64,000 nt of DNA from Phoronis australis (GCA_002633005.1 NMRA01000393.1:234034-298033); one strand, 5' to 3'; shown: positions 1-13,519, counted from the stretch's first letter. Numbers and translations: made by a program. Notes: a model not told the origin generated them from the letters alone.

Positions 1-123
1 AAAATGGCGGGAAAATTTTGCGACCTGGCATTTACGAATGCGAGCTGGATTTTGAAAATGCGACCTGGGATTTTGGCTAGGTCGCAAAATGCGACCTGGC
101 GATTTTAATAGCGTCGAGCCCTG
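1..123. mobile_element. Right end of a non-autonomous hAT-like DNA transposon/MITE in the TRMT9B intron
   Basis: Repeated subterminal motif (t)gcgacctgg/gcgagctgg, about 5 copies, ending in gtcgagccctg (CAGGG terminus on the minus strand). The other end lies outside the window. Confidence 0.45.
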
Positions 124-161
124 TAACGCATAATCATATTAATATTTCATCAGAAGCCTAC

Positions 162-339
162 CTATGTCTGCCAAAAGTGAGCCAGCTTGCAAAGACAAAA
201 TAAATTCTTTGACCAATGGCCATGCTCGCAGTCGGCGGTCACTGAAGTGTGGCGCCATCTTGTTGTAGACATCATGAACGTAAGTTCTCTCCAGGTGCTC
301 TGGATTCGATTCATGGTCTCTGCGGGAGTCGCCATCCAT
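162..339 (-). CDS. TRMT9B: First coding exon of a Trm9-family tRNA (carboxymethyluridine-34) methyltransferase, TRMT9B/KIAA1456-like; the gene continues beyond the left edge
   Basis: Translation MDGDSRRDHESNPEHLERTYVHDVYNKMAPHFSDRRLRAWPLVKEFILSLQAGSLLADIG matches the Trm9/ALKBH8/TRMT9B N-terminal signature (E..yVH.VY..iA.HFs.tR...WP.V..Fl..l..gs.laDiGCG). A polypyrimidine acceptor (tttttcttctttgactctag) lies just before 342 and a donor ATAG|GTAGG at 162/161. No AlkB or RRM exons were seen upstream, which favours TRMT9B over ALKBH8. Confidence 0.85.
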
Positions 340-1869
340 TGCCTAGAGTCAAAGAAGAAAATAAGCACCAGCTTTGAAATACTTCAGCACACTTGTGTTG
401 CCTCTAGGAAATATTTACTGAAAACATAGCAAACATGATTGTCTGGAGTGAAGTACAAAGTTTGATGATAATTCATAATATCCATGCAATCGTTACTGAA
501 GAAATGCAACAGAAACTTTCAGTGATGTCACCCATATGAAGGCCCTGCCATTTGTACTAACACATCTGGTTATTGCGCTGTATGGGTCTCCCATAAATGC
601 TAAGAGGAAAATGTATTAAAAAGGCCTCTTTCAATCAATCATTCGCGGGATTGCTGGTTCCCATCAGTGGTGAAGGGACCAAGACTGGAACATAAAGGAG
701 TACAACTGTTTATTTCCTGGCTGGACAACAAGAAACTTAAACAACTTTTGTTGGTATGTTGCCGAGGACAGTATATTTGGAACAGACAACTAGTAAACAA
801 CATTTCCAAGTGTAGCAGAGGTGAATCAATAAACAACATGCCCTGGGCCACTGGTAGCTATTGAAAGCTTTCACATAAATAATCTCTTCCAGAGTTAATT
901 GTAAATGTCAATGGCTTTGTTGGATTTATTTTTAGGCTAACACACTCACATGAGTGTGTACTCCCTGCCCTGTTGTAATCTCAAATTAGGGTAAAATTTT
1001 GAAAGTTAATGTCCACAAACACTTTAATGTCTAAATGCCTTTATATTTAATTGCACTTTGTACTGAATGTTAAACCTAACATCAACAAGCCTTTAAGACC
1101 AGTGCAACAGTACATGAGATTGGCAAGCAAGGCATGTAGAAACACAAATGTCAGTTCAGTTTTTATAAGAAAGTAAATGAAGGAAAGACAGCTTTACACA
1201 ACAATAGAGGGGTTTAACACAATTAAAAGCAAAGCTAAAGCATGTAAACAATACAAGAAAAACTCAAGCACAAACGACAGGTACAAATAGATAACCTTTA
1301 GGTCTTCAAAACTGACCCATAGATTTGAAGCCTTGTGCTCAATTGACCTTATAATAGACACATCCCCGATGCATACCTGTGTTAAGGTAATCATTGTCTT
1401 CGTGCAATGTAAATTCAGTTAAAATTTTAGGACAATTCTCTAACATTCCTATGTTGGCACTCAAATATGTGCTGGTAGCGAGACTTAAAAGGGGACTGTA
1501 GTCAAAATAATGTTGCAGTTAATCGGTTCTAACATACAAATAAAACTCACATTTGCCTGACTTGCGTGCCAAAACAAAAGCCAATTCGTATACATGGTTA
1601 AAACACTGAATTCCAAAAGCGATCGCTGATTGGCTGATGTGCCAGTGACGTGAATGGCGGGGTATCCTCTGCTTTACACATTCATTGCATATGTCATATT
1701 TTGAAGACTTTACATCATAATTTATCATTGTATCAATCGTCCTTATTTTTATTGTTTGCCACAGTGCTGTAAAAGGTTCGCTATGCCTTTTTTATGGCAC
1801 CTGGTTGCTCAAACTCTTCGAAAAAGGTGTCTTCTAAAGGGTTGGTCATCGCACACCATCGCCGAGTTA

Positions 1870-2670
1870 CCCAAGCCTTGGCCCAAAGCTGTATACTAAA
1901 TATAGGCTTACAGGTTTGAGCCGATATGGGTAAAAAATGGACAAATAAAATCTGACTCAAAATTAATGTCATTAAAACTAATCTCATCCTTGTGTAAACC
2001 TAGGAAACAGGGTCCTTGAGTAAACTAACTTCTGTATTTACCGGTGTTGGAAAAGTTAGCGATCCTTCATCGGCTGCTGTTAAAATTGTGATGTGCTCTC
2101 TTGAGTCAGCTTTTTGCGATTACGTCACCTGACCTTTATCAGTTTCTTTTCCCCCGATTCTTTTATCAAGTGTTCGTCGCTGACGGTACCTATAGGTTAC
2201 GTACATGTTATAACAAATTATCGGAACTTGTTTCATTTTGTTACAAGTTTTTAGTATTTTTATACCAGCAAACTGTATTTCAAAACAACCTTGGTGCTGC
2301 GAAGCTGTCATCATGTCTCGAAAGACGTCTCAATTTTTAGGAAATGGCATGTGCGCCGTGTCACGAGCGTGCTGTTTTTGAAACGACGACACACTTCTTT
2401 GTTAAAAAGGCGACAAATTATGCTACCAAATGACGTTTATTTGATTGTTTTCCACTTAAACGGCTGCAACGAACAATGGGAGTGCCGGGTAACTACCAGA
2501 TTTTGCATGTGCCCCCGCCGGTCCGTTAGCTTTATATGTTGATGTAGCCTAAGCTTTACGACGAGGTGACGAACACAAGTCAACTATACCCAGGTAGTCA
2601 ACGGCTGTCTGAAATTTCGGGGTTAACGGAGCTCAAATAACAGTGGTAAGATAGTCTTCATACAGCTGTA
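1870..2670 (+). repeat. Dispersed repeat, diverged paralogue of 60795-61712
   Basis: Colinear similarity, e.g. aatgacgtttatttgattgttttccacttaaacggctgca vs aatgacgtttattgcattgtttttcacttaaacggctgca, and a shared gtcttcatacagc end. Confidence 0.8.
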
Positions 2671-3017
2671 GTAGGTAACTAATACCAACCCTTCAAGTTT
2701 ACAGAGCTGAGTATTATTCAGAATAAAATACAGTTCCCTATTAATAATCTCTTTCCTTGTCACTCCACGCAAAACCTCGAGTCTTGAAGGGCTACTACAG
2801 CACCTGAGTATGCTCCTGCATGCCATCAATACTTCGCTTACAAGGAAAACACACTTCTAAAGACACGCAAAGATTTACACCGCTGCTCCTTCAGCCATGT
2901 TCTTACAGGTTTTCACCAGAATCATAGAGAGCGTGGGGCCTGTCAGTCGGACACAGTTGTGAAGACTCTATTATGGATTGAAGATAAACGAACATGTGTA
3001 TAGGTAAACTGGGAGGA

Positions 3018-3203
3018 TTTACAAACGCTGGTCATAATTAACAATACCATAAACTTATTATGGTTTACAAACGCTGGTCATAATTAACAATACCATAAAC
3101 TTATTATGGTTTACAAACGCTGGTCATAATTAACAATACCATAAACTTATTATGATTTACAAACGCTGGTCATAATTAACAATACCATAAACTTATTATG
3201 GTT
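3018..3203. repeat. 46-bp minisatellite, 4 copies
   Basis: Unit tttacaaacgctggtcataattaacaataccataaacttattatgg repeated in tandem. Confidence 0.95.
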
Positions 3204-3657
3204 TATTCTTTTAGTATACAACTAATAAAACTACATTACAAAGAATTAACAGAAACAAAACACAGTGACAAATAAGATGTTGATAGCTTTTAAGACAATG
3301 CTTATTGCCCAGATTTGTTGAATTACTTTCTAACCGGAAAACTGATACATGGTAGTCAGCTGGTGATGAAACATGTGTGGTGAAGATTAACTATTACTAG
3401 CTTCAAAGTTAATGAGAAAATCCAATAGATGAATGAGGTGGGTTGGTGGGTGACAGCTGACTACTAAGTTTCACAGAGGATCAATATTCTGCCAATTTGT
3501 TTTGGCACTTCAAGCTTCAAAATAAAATCAAAAGATAGAGAACCCAGCAGGAAACAGAACAAAGTGCTACCTAGACTGGAGTATTAAAAATAAAATGATA
3601 AAAACAGTAATGAAACATATTTAAAACCAACGATAGTTTGGGAAATGCCCATTAAGA

Positions 3658-3838
3658 AAGTAATGCAAGCAGATTTATTTGCTTCAATACAAAGAGCATG
3701 CTGAATTATAAGCATTATAAAAGTAATGCAAGCAGATTCATTTGCTTCAATACAAAGAGCATGCTGAATTATAAGCATTATAAAAGTAATGCAAGCAGAT
3801 TCATTTGCTTCAATACAAAGAGCATGCTGAATTATAAA
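3658..3838. repeat. 63-bp minisatellite, about 3 copies
   Basis: Unit aagtaatgcaagcagattcatttgcttcaatacaaagagcatgctgaattataagcattataa. Confidence 0.95.
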
Positions 3839-3852
3839 AGTTGTCTGAGGGC

Positions 3853-4099
3853 AAATGGAATCTCAGCTGTGACTAGTATAATTGAGATATTCTCCAAATG
3901 TACCTCAACTTTCAAATGGAATCTCAGCTGTGACTAGTATAATTGAGATATTCTCCAAATGTATCTCAACTTTCAAATGGAATCTCAGCTGTGACTAGTA
4001 TAATTGAGATATTCTCCAAATGTATCTCAACTTTCAAATGGAATCTCAGCTGTGACTAGTATAATCGAGATATTCTCCAAATGTACCTCAACTTTCAAA
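3853..4099. repeat. 61-bp minisatellite, 4 copies
   Basis: Unit caaatggaatctcagctgtgactagtataattgagatattctccaaatgtacctcaacttt. Confidence 0.95.
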
Positions 4100-5303
4100 C
4101 CAATTAAAACAAAATAAATTACCAAATATGTATTTCTGTATTTCTCAAGTCCTTCAAATATTCAGTTGTCAGCACAAACCACTCCAAATGTGTGATCAGA
4201 GCTATTTATTGGAAAAACTTGAACAGGAAAAGAATTAAACATGACGTAGCATATCTTTCATTCACTGAAAAATGATGAAATAAAATTTCCCTTGTCAGCC
4301 ATTGTGTCCTTATTAGGTGAGATCAGTTTGCAGTGGTCACAGCTGCTCAGAATCTGTAAAATTAATCCAGACCCTAGATATATTACACGTTATTACATCA
4401 GACAGTTAGGCCTGGCTATGGCCCTTTGTTGAAAACTGCATAGAATTTGGGGTGTTTTTTGTGTAACTTAGATAATTCATTATGTTTTGATGGGACTGAC
4501 CAACTCAACAGACATGTTAGATATTAGTTATTATTAAGTCTAAATTAAGATTATTGGTTTGGCGTACTAGGAAGGGTCACTAGATTTGCTCATCCCTTTT
4601 TACAATCACGTCAGTGTTACCATTGCCATATAGACACATCTTCTCACATCAACTGGAATGTGTTACAACACGACTGGTTAATAACACAGAGTAGGTTTTA
4701 GATACACGGGCAAATCAAAAAGAAGTGCAAAATAGAAATCAATTTTATTGTCTGCAAAACACTAATGCCAACAACCAAACGCGCGCCAACCAAACAAAGC
4801 CAGGATTCCGTGAAGATGACAAGGTTTTGATTGAAAAAGCAGGCGTCGCAACTGTATGTACTCCCAGTTGGAAGGACATGCAAACAACTTCTTAAACAGA
4901 CCCATGTTCAGCGGCGAATTCCATATCCACCATCATTCACACAGATGGAGACAAACCCCAACACAAGAAATCCCGCGGTGAAACTGTCTAGCTGTGCTGT
5001 CTCATTAGGTCAAGCCATTGCTCATGTGGGGAAGCCCTGCTGACTTATTTATTTACAAATATTTGAAGTTTTAGTGTTACAACTTCAAAAACTATTTATT
5101 ACGGTAGATTCTAACTTAAACATTTGTTCGAAAGCTGAATGCAGTTTTATGGTTAATTTTGAAATGAAACAGTTAACAATAAGTAACCAAGTTTACTTTA
5201 CATTGCACAAGTTAGCATGTTTTTACAAAGTTGCGTCAAGTGGTTGAAAGTTTCAGACACGTGAAGTTTTTCGACAAAAAATATTGTTTTCTCAGTTCAT
5301 GTG

Positions 5304-5458
5304 AATAAACAAATCCTACAATCGTCTCAGGTTTATGACATGGGCAAAACCTCTTAGAAATTACATCAAAATCCCTCGGCGAGCCTCGGGATTTTGAGGA
5401 CATTTCTAAGAGGTTTTGCCCGTGTCAAAAACGTGAGACTCGAGTAGGATTCTCTATT
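5304..5458. mobile_element. Palindromic fold-back MITE (~155 bp)
   Basis: Arms aatcctac..gtctca.gttt.tgaca.gggcaaaacctcttagaaat..tcaaaatccc and gggattttga..atttctaagaggttttgccc.tgtca.aaac.tgagac..gtaggatt surround a central tcggcgagcctc loop. Confidence 0.85.
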
Positions 5459-6299
5459 AATATTAAACTTATGTCAAGCATTCCATTTCATACCAACTTA
5501 TCTCAACTTTCATTCCAATCTGTACAAAGGCATTTGGTGGTTCAAGATCCATAAAATTTTCGGTTTCCCGTCGGTTGATACCTTTAATATCGAGTGAGTC
5601 ATATTACTTTTTCAACGCCACTCTCTGTACGTTTTGTATTTATCCCATACGCTTTGAATTCCTAAGTTTCATTCATTTTTTGGCAGATTTTTTAAATACT
5701 TCACCCAAACTGTTCACGTGGCAGATCACATTGACCTTAAGTACCCTTTGAACATTTCATGTCAGAGAGAACTGTTAAAGTACAGTAGTACTGGATACGG
5801 GGATAAATTGAACAATGGGAAGGCACCCCGTCTCCTTAATAGATATGCCACGAGTCTAAGGTAAATTGTCCACCATCTCGAATAATTAATACCCTGGAAA
5901 AACAAACTCTATGCCTTTCCCACGTAATTGGATGAGAGATTATTAGGAATTAAAAGAGTTCAAAGCGCTATTTTGCGAAAATACCAATTTGATTCTCAAG
6001 TGGTTGCAGTCATGTCCTTCCCAACATGTTGAGGATTGTCACACTAATTTTTCTTCCAGATTATACCTTGTAATTGCTCAATTATTGGAGTGCATTGTAG
6101 AATTCCGATGTTGTCGGTAAAAATCCATTGATTAGCAAGGTACGACCCAAGTTTTCATGAAGTCCACACCAGAGTCTAAGTATTCAGATCCAGTGTTTGC
6201 CCAAGATATGAAGTAAAAGCAAGTCTTTAAATGATTTCAATTGATGAAGCCTTCAGTCCCCGACATCAGGTCAGTCCCCGACATCAGGTCAGTCCCCGA

Positions 6300-9110
6300 C
6301 ATCAAAATTCACCATATTTCATAAAAATCTGTCAAGGAACTTCAAACAAACAAAGGAAAAACAAAAAAAAATGAAATTGCCACATTAGGGGGCACAGCGT
6401 CAACCTGAAAGCTGTCGTCTATTGTTATCTTCATATAAATACACTTACTTATAATGATCCTGCAGTGAGTTTAGGAGATACAGCTATGGGCGCAAAACAA
6501 AACTACCACTAAGAGGCACCACAGTATTCAAAGCCGACATCGTCAACGTTCTCATCACACTGAAAACATATACGCCAATTTTCAAAATCATTCTTAGAGT
6601 GGTTTGGTTGATAGAGAGGTGGACGCTTAAAAAACAGACTCAAAAACAGTAAAGCAAAATACCTCGAATCCATCCAAAAGTAGCAGGATAGCGTCCTCTC
6701 ACTAATACATGCCTTAAATCTGTCAAATTTTATGAAAATCCGTTGAGGACCTTTGAAGATACAAAGGTTAACGTAAAAACTAAAATTGACACAAGGGGGC
6801 GCAACTGTAGTCCGATCGATGTGAAAGTCGTCGATGTTCTTTCCCAACATCATATAAATATACTTGCAACATTTAGTAAAAGATCCTGCAAATGGTTTAG
6901 GAGATACAGCCATGGGCGCAAAAGAACAAAATTGCCACTAGGAGGTGCCACAGTAGTTGAAGTCGTCAGAAAATCATCGTCATCTGCCCTCTTTACAGTA
7001 AGAACAAATATGCCAATTTTCGAAATCATACCCAGAGCGGTTTGGTTGATAGAAGGGCGGACGCAAAAAAAAAGATTCGAAAACAGTAAAAATGGCCACT
7101 AGGTGGCGCAAAGTATCTCAAATCCACTTGAAAACGAGTGGATGGTATCATAGATGCCTAACTGCCAACTTTTATGACAAGAGCAACGCAGAGCGTTGAA
7201 ATGCGCCCACAATTGCACCGCATATGGTATCCTTCTAGGGTTGTTTATTGGTACCATAAAGTGGCCAGTAGGCTGTACTTTGCAAAATGGAAAGGCATGG
7301 TCATTGTCTCCTCAATAGGCTAGGGGCAAAATGTGAGTAATCTTCATAATACAAGCACATCCTATACACCAGTTGCTTAAAGCACCACAGAAACATAGAA
7401 TTAAAAACAAATTCACCAACATACGAGATTAGCACAGCATTAGAATGCCAGAAACAAATTTCTACTTGGAACTTTTCCTTCACAGTCACGAAGTAACACA
7501 AAGTATACACCTGAAGACCTATGAAAATACAGAGGTCAATGTAAAATACTAAAATTGCCACTAGAGGCAAATACTAAAATTGCCACTAGAGGCATACCGG
7601 TAATCAGAATCATCCTAAAGTCGTCATCGTCCGTTGTCAACATCACATAAATACACTTGCTAAATTTAGTAAAGATCCTGCAAACGGTTTGGGAGATACA
7701 GCCATGGGCGCAAAAAAAAAAAACTGCCACTAGGAGGCGCCACAGTAGTCCAAATCGTCTGAAAATCATTGTCAGCTGTCTTCCTTATAGTAAGCACATA
7801 CACGCCAATTTTCACAATCATCCTTTGAGCGGTTTGGTTGATAGAGGGGTGGACGCAAAAATACAGACTCGAAAACAGTAAAAATGGCCACTAGGTGGCG
7901 CAAACTACGTCGAATCCATCTGAAAACAGTAGGATAGCGTCATCTCACTAATAGGTGCCTACATACCAAATTTCATGAAAATCCGTTCAATACTTTTGAA
8001 GATACAAAGGTAAGCGTAAAAAACTAAAATTGCCACTAGGGGGCACACCGGTAGTCGGATCCGACCAAAAGTCGTCATCTTCCGTTGTTAACATCATATA
8101 AATATACTTACACAATTTGTAAAGATCCTGCGAACGGTTTAGGAGATACAGCCATAGGCGCAAAAAAACAAAACTGCCACTAGGAGGCGCCACAGTAGTC
8201 GAAATCGTCGGAAAATCATCGTCAACCATCCTCTACATAGTAAGCATATACATGCCAATTTTCACAATCATCCTTCGAGCGGTTTGGTTGATAGAGGGGT
8301 GGACGCACAAAAACAGACTCGAAAACACTAAAAATGGCCACTAGGTGGCGCAAACTATGTCGAATCCATCTGAAAACGGCACGATAACGTCATCTCACTA
8401 ATAGGTGCCTACATATCAAATTTCAAAATAATCCGTTCAGGACTTTTGAAGATAGAAAGGTAAGCGTAAAAAACTAAAATTGCCACTAGGGGGCACACCG
8501 GTAGTCGAATCCGTCCCAAAGTTCGCACATGCCGTCCCATTCATGAATGGAACATATGTGCCAAATTTCATGAACGTATGTCAAAGGGTTTTGGAGATAG
8601 AGCAGCGGACGCCGGACGCCGGACGGACGCCGCCCGGACGGACGGACGGACGGACAAAGATGACTGCATAATGCGTCCACATATAAATATGTGGGCACAT
8701 AAAAATCCATTGAGGACCTCCAAAGATACAGAAGTAAGCATAAAAAACTAAAATTGCCACTTGGGGGCACATCAGTAGTCGGAGAGGTCTGAAATTTGTT
8801 GTCATTCGTCGTCAGCTTGATAGGAGCACATTCTGCCACATCTCATAAAGATCCTGAGTGGTTTAGGATATACAGCTGCGGATGCCGGACAACGGACGCC
8901 CGGACAGAGATATATATATGCGACCACAGCGCATAATAATCATCACATTAGGTGGCACAGAGGTTGCCCGATCGGTCTGAAACTCGTCAGCTGTCACCAG
9001 CTTCATAGGAACAAATCTGCAAAATCACATTAAAACCTTGCAAGGGGTTTAGGAGAAACAGCAGAGGCAGCCTGACGCCCAGACAGAGAGCATGTCACGC
9101 ACACATGTAC
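6300..9110 (-). mobile_element. Nest of non-autonomous Helentron-like (HINE/DINE-1-type) elements; the complete youngest copy spans 7177-8700
   Basis: Terminal acaagag plus stem-loop CAACGC-aga-GCGTTG (7184-7198), subterminal inverted repeat atgcgcccac (7201) / gtgggcacat (8691), hairpin ccacatat-aa-atatgtgg, (GGAC)n microsatellite 8607-8655 and internal ~450-bp higher-order tandem core. It is inserted at an AA/TT site within an older copy of the same family. Confidence 0.8.
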
Positions 9111-10561
9111 ATATTTATTATTTATTATTTATTATAATGAATGCTATGCAAAAAATAACAGCTATGCCTCTTGGGCTTATGGTCACCTGACACAATTAAA
9201 CATATGAGTGGTACTAGTTCATGGCACAGGCTTAACTCTTGTGGCAATCTTGAGGGCATTACAATATTATAAAAACTGCAAGAGCTTCTGGATAACTCAG
9301 AAACAAGTCTAGAAGGGAGGACTCACCCTGGACTCCCATCTTAAATGACTGATGTCTTGTGCAAACTGTGTTCTAAATGTTTGGTCAACAATCTATCTCC
9401 TTCAGGTGACACAGGGTTATGATTGGCTGCATGGTACATTGGACTATTGACAAGTATGCAGCCATTGACAAACAATGAACAAACACTTCAACAATGAGCA
9501 ATCAATAACTTATTAACTTATACCCTGTGGTCATCCTAGTTTCAGTGTGCAAAGATGAACCAAGAGCATCAGAGGAAAGAAAATTGAGCAGTTCAGAAAG
9601 CAGACCTGAGTATGACAGATGGTCTGAGTAAGCTAAATGTTGGCATGATATTCTATGAACACTAGAACAAGATATAATACAATGAGCTAAATGTTGGAAT
9701 GATATTCTATGAACAGTGTCCTGAGCATGTTTACAACACCAATATTTAGAATCAACACTCAGCTCCTGTCACTTCTTCAAGTGGTTCACTCTGATTACAT
9801 TCGACATGCAAAAAATCCATACTAAATACGTAAAACAAAGAGGAATACATCTGATGTAAGTTTGTCTCAACTTTCCCAAATGAGCCAACCATGCCAAAGA
9901 TAAGAACATCTGCATGACAACTTTTTCTGTCTCCAATGTTGAATGGTGCTCAACACCAAATCTGGCCACATTGCGTATAATGGGTATATTTCACCTCAAG
10001 TAAAACAAGAAGGAAATGAAAGCGCTCTGATGAGCGACACCTGGTGAAATCAATTGAAAATTTAAAGGTGAGTTGGACAACAAAACTTTTCAATAACCAG
10101 TAATTTCCTGACTTAAACCAACCTACATCAAATGATAAACCAATGAAAGTGTTGAGAAATGTGGTAATAAAAGCAGTCAATAAATCAGTAAATCTTGAAT
10201 AACTTGAAAACAATGAGTCATAGCGAGAAACCAAGTTGAACACACATTGCAAATAGCTCACGAGGCGATCCATTTACATACAAAATTTGAAACGGTGAGG
10301 TGAAAGGATCACAGAGCTAGAATTAAAAATATGTTGGTCACTGAGCAACAATAAATTGCACCAGAATTTGCCCCCAAAACAATAGTCTACAAGCTATTTA
10401 TTAGATAAACAATGTATAAAAATTTCATGTTGATCAGACAAAAAATGCAATCTTTAACACAAATAAATTGACAGGCCAACAAAGTAGAGTTAGAAATAAA
10501 TGAATTCAAGAAATCTCAAATTTAATGTTAAGTCGTAGCGAGATTGCACAACACTTGAAAT

Positions 10562-10780
10562 CATTCAACACACCAATATTGAGAATTATTCAACACACCA
10601 ATATTGAGAATTATTCAACACACCAATATTGAGAATTATTCAACACACCAATATTGAGAATTATTCAACACACCAATATTGAGAATTATTCGACACACCA
10701 ATATTGAGAATTATTCAACACACCAATATTGAGAATTATTCAACACACCAATATTGAGAATTATTCAACACACCAATATT
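10562..10780. repeat. 25-bp minisatellite, about 9 copies
   Basis: Unit attcaacacaccaatattgagaatt, nearly invariant. Confidence 0.95.
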
Positions 10781-11479
10781 CACACAGATTTGTCAAGGAA
10801 CGCCGAAGATATGGCACAAAAACTCAATTAATAGGAAATCAGTCATCAGAAAATCTGGAATAACTCAAGAACAAGTAAAACAAATGGCAAACTTCCGATA
10901 GCCAGGAAAATGATCTATTCAGAGAAAACAGAAATATCCCTCAAGAGACAGCCGAGCAAATATGGCTCTGCAAAGAAAGATGTTGAAAAATAACCATTTC
11001 AACTCCATCTAATGCCTCAAAAACCAAGAGAAATTATAAGACTTCAAGCTTTATTCATGGGACACATGCTGTGTGTTTACATTCTACGTTGATCAGATAC
11101 AAAATGCAATCTGTAGCGCGCGAACAAAGAATAAAACATTTTTTTACAAATCCAAAGACTTGGAATAATGAGATTTCTCCAAGTAACATCTCCAAATGAA
11201 AATAAACCATAGCACAAAACACCATCTTCATCTATTATCACATCAATAAGCAAATAGAACAGGTTACCATAGAAACTGTCACTTTACATCATTTGGACAG
11301 GTAAATGCTACTAATCACCAAGTTGAAGGTGAATAATCATAGTTATACTCACCCACAAGAAAAGCAACAAAATATGCATGTGTTTTTGACATAAAAACAT
11401 CCAATATAAGTAATGTCACTGAATACGACTGAATACAGTTGGCAATATGACAAATCAAAGTAATGTCAGTGAATATGAC

Positions 11480-12690
11480 TTAAAGGCGAAGGCAACCTGT
11501 TTTCGTGTCATTTTTAGCATAAATAAGGTTCATTGACTATCCCAGACATATTTTCCACTTAATTACAGATTTTCGTTATCTAATTAATTATTCGTTCTCT
11601 ACTGCGGAAGTGACATTTTGGGAGGCAATAATTTCGTGCCAATTTCTTTTCATATAGTCCGACTTATGGCTTTGGCTTTTACCTTCATTCTCTGTGATGA
11701 GAGACGACTATGGACTGTGAGGAATTCAGCTTCTGCCTAACTATTGTGACGGGACATTTAGGGTCATTTTGTCTCAATACTTTTCCAGAACAGATAACAC
11801 CAGGTCAAATATGTGATAATAAGGGAAGTTTTAGTCCCTGAAGTCCCTACAATTAAGTCACAACCATTTTGCGTTATGAAAGCGACAAAACTCTATTCTG
11901 TCTCAGTTCTGTTTAAGTCTGGATGCAGGATAAAGAAATAGGGAAATTGATCAGATAGTTGTAAAAGCAGAAAACACACTATTATCTAGACTATTGTCAG
12001 CATTTTCAGCTGGGTGCTGTCAAAATGATTTCAGACAGTTTTTTCAACAATAGTTACTACGAAATCATCTTACCTTCAGTAAAAGTAACAGGACTAACAC
12101 AGCAACATAAAAGGAAGTTGCTGATAATTTTTTTCAGTTGCAAGGAGGTTCCTATTTTTAAGAGCTCATAATTTAAGATTAATACTTCCAAATATTTACA
12201 CTTAAAGTACAGGTTGCTAAGTTATTGTGCTAACCATACAGCAATCAACATTTGCGGGTTGCATGGAATAGTTGAGTTTAAATATTGAATTTCAGTGTAT
12301 AATATTTCATAATGGTTATTTTGAATTGTGTGTGTCCTTGGGCACTTTTTCTTAGCACCAGTTATTAGGTAATTCTTTGTAATTATAGCAATAGTCCTCC
12401 AACAACAGAACACAGCCAGATGAAGTAAAGTATTATATACAAAGTAGTATCACCTCGTGTTCTGAATTCTTGAGAAAAAAAGTGAGTCTCATTCTGAATA
12501 TTTGTGAACTGAAAAATTGTAAAGCCTTAAAGATGGTGCCTGAAGCCAGTCAAAATACTAAAATAAGACTACGCGTAGGGTACTATCAACAGCAAAAGTG
12601 GGCTTTTCTCAAGTTACTTTTCATACTATAATTATGACGAAGCTCTGTACACAATTTTCAAACACGAACACCAGCCTTGCCTCCCCTTGC
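11480..12690. mobile_element. Old non-autonomous TIR DNA transposon (TTAA-GG termini, Kolobok-like)
   Basis: Left end ttaaaggcgaaggcaacctgttttcgtgt; right end acacgaacaccagccttgcctcccctt is an imperfect reverse complement. No ORF. Confidence 0.45.
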
Positions 12691-13519
12691 TCTATGATTA
12701 TGAATAATACAGTTGGCAAAATGTTAGTTCTTATGACCTAGTCACTTGAAGTTATGTGGTACCTTCAATTGACATGTCTTTGCATTAAACAAGAGATCTA
12801 GAAAACTATAGATATTAACACAGTAAAAATATACACTTTCTGAAAATGCAAAGCCTGTAGAAGTTTGCTTTTCAGATTTTTTGAGAATCTGTTGTTATTA
12901 ATCGGGTCACATGACTATATCCTTTTAGTAAAATATAGTAAAAAGAAAGGCACAATTGCATAGCATAATAATGTTATCGACTACATGATCAAATTTTATT
13001 GGATATAAATATTCAAGGTGAGAGCTCAAAAACGTTGAAATATCATTTCATTTTTGTTCTATGCAATTTTAAAAGTCTTTCATGAAAATTGTGAAAGTTT
13101 TATTTGTATATCCCCTCCTGCAAAAGTGGATCATTTTAAAAACAATTCCTATCCGCGTTCTTAAAAACAGGGCATAAAACAATAGTAAGTTAAAGCCTCA
13201 TATTTATGTTCGGAATATGTCCCGAAAATAATAGGTGCGTCGCAAGCTCCATTTCCAGAGATACAAAGCACTCTAATGCAAAACTTTATCCCATTCTCAG
13301 CAATGTTTATCACCATGAACCCAGACCAGTTAATTTAACTTTTGATTTAGACTGCTTTCTAACTAGTCTCAGCCTGTTCCTAACTCAGATGAGAAGTCAT
13401 TTCTGGGTTTACAAAGAACTCACACAACCATGGTTATAGCATAAAAGGACACTCCTGCACACATCCATGGGTAGAGCATAAAAGGATACTCTGTGACTAT
13501 TAGCTAACTTGTAGAGCAC

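Larger units (their letters stand above)
2975..3900 (+). repeat. Dispersed repeat, paralogue of 36690-36801 plus 39086-40095
   Basis: Shared blocks atggtttattcttttagtatacaacta, atagcttttaagaca, taaccggaaaactg, gaagattaactat, gttaatgagaaaatccaa and atggaatctca. Confidence 0.8.

Noticed and set aside
2900-3005. EDKRTCV peptide resembling the end of an EGF repeat
   Set aside because: It is followed immediately by a stop, lacks the upstream cysteine pattern and lies at the edge of a dispersed repeat.
6509-8839. Several 60-134-aa ORFs (TTVAPPSGSF.. peptides) as possible transposase or RepHel
   Set aside because: They are chance translations of the satellite core, with no HUH or helicase motifs.
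10562-10780. Regular short repeat arrays (also 25052-25265, 21782-21900, 51781-52010) as possible CRISPR arrays
   Set aside because: The units are head-to-tail with no unique spacers, there are no cas genes and the context is eukaryotic; these are minisatellites.
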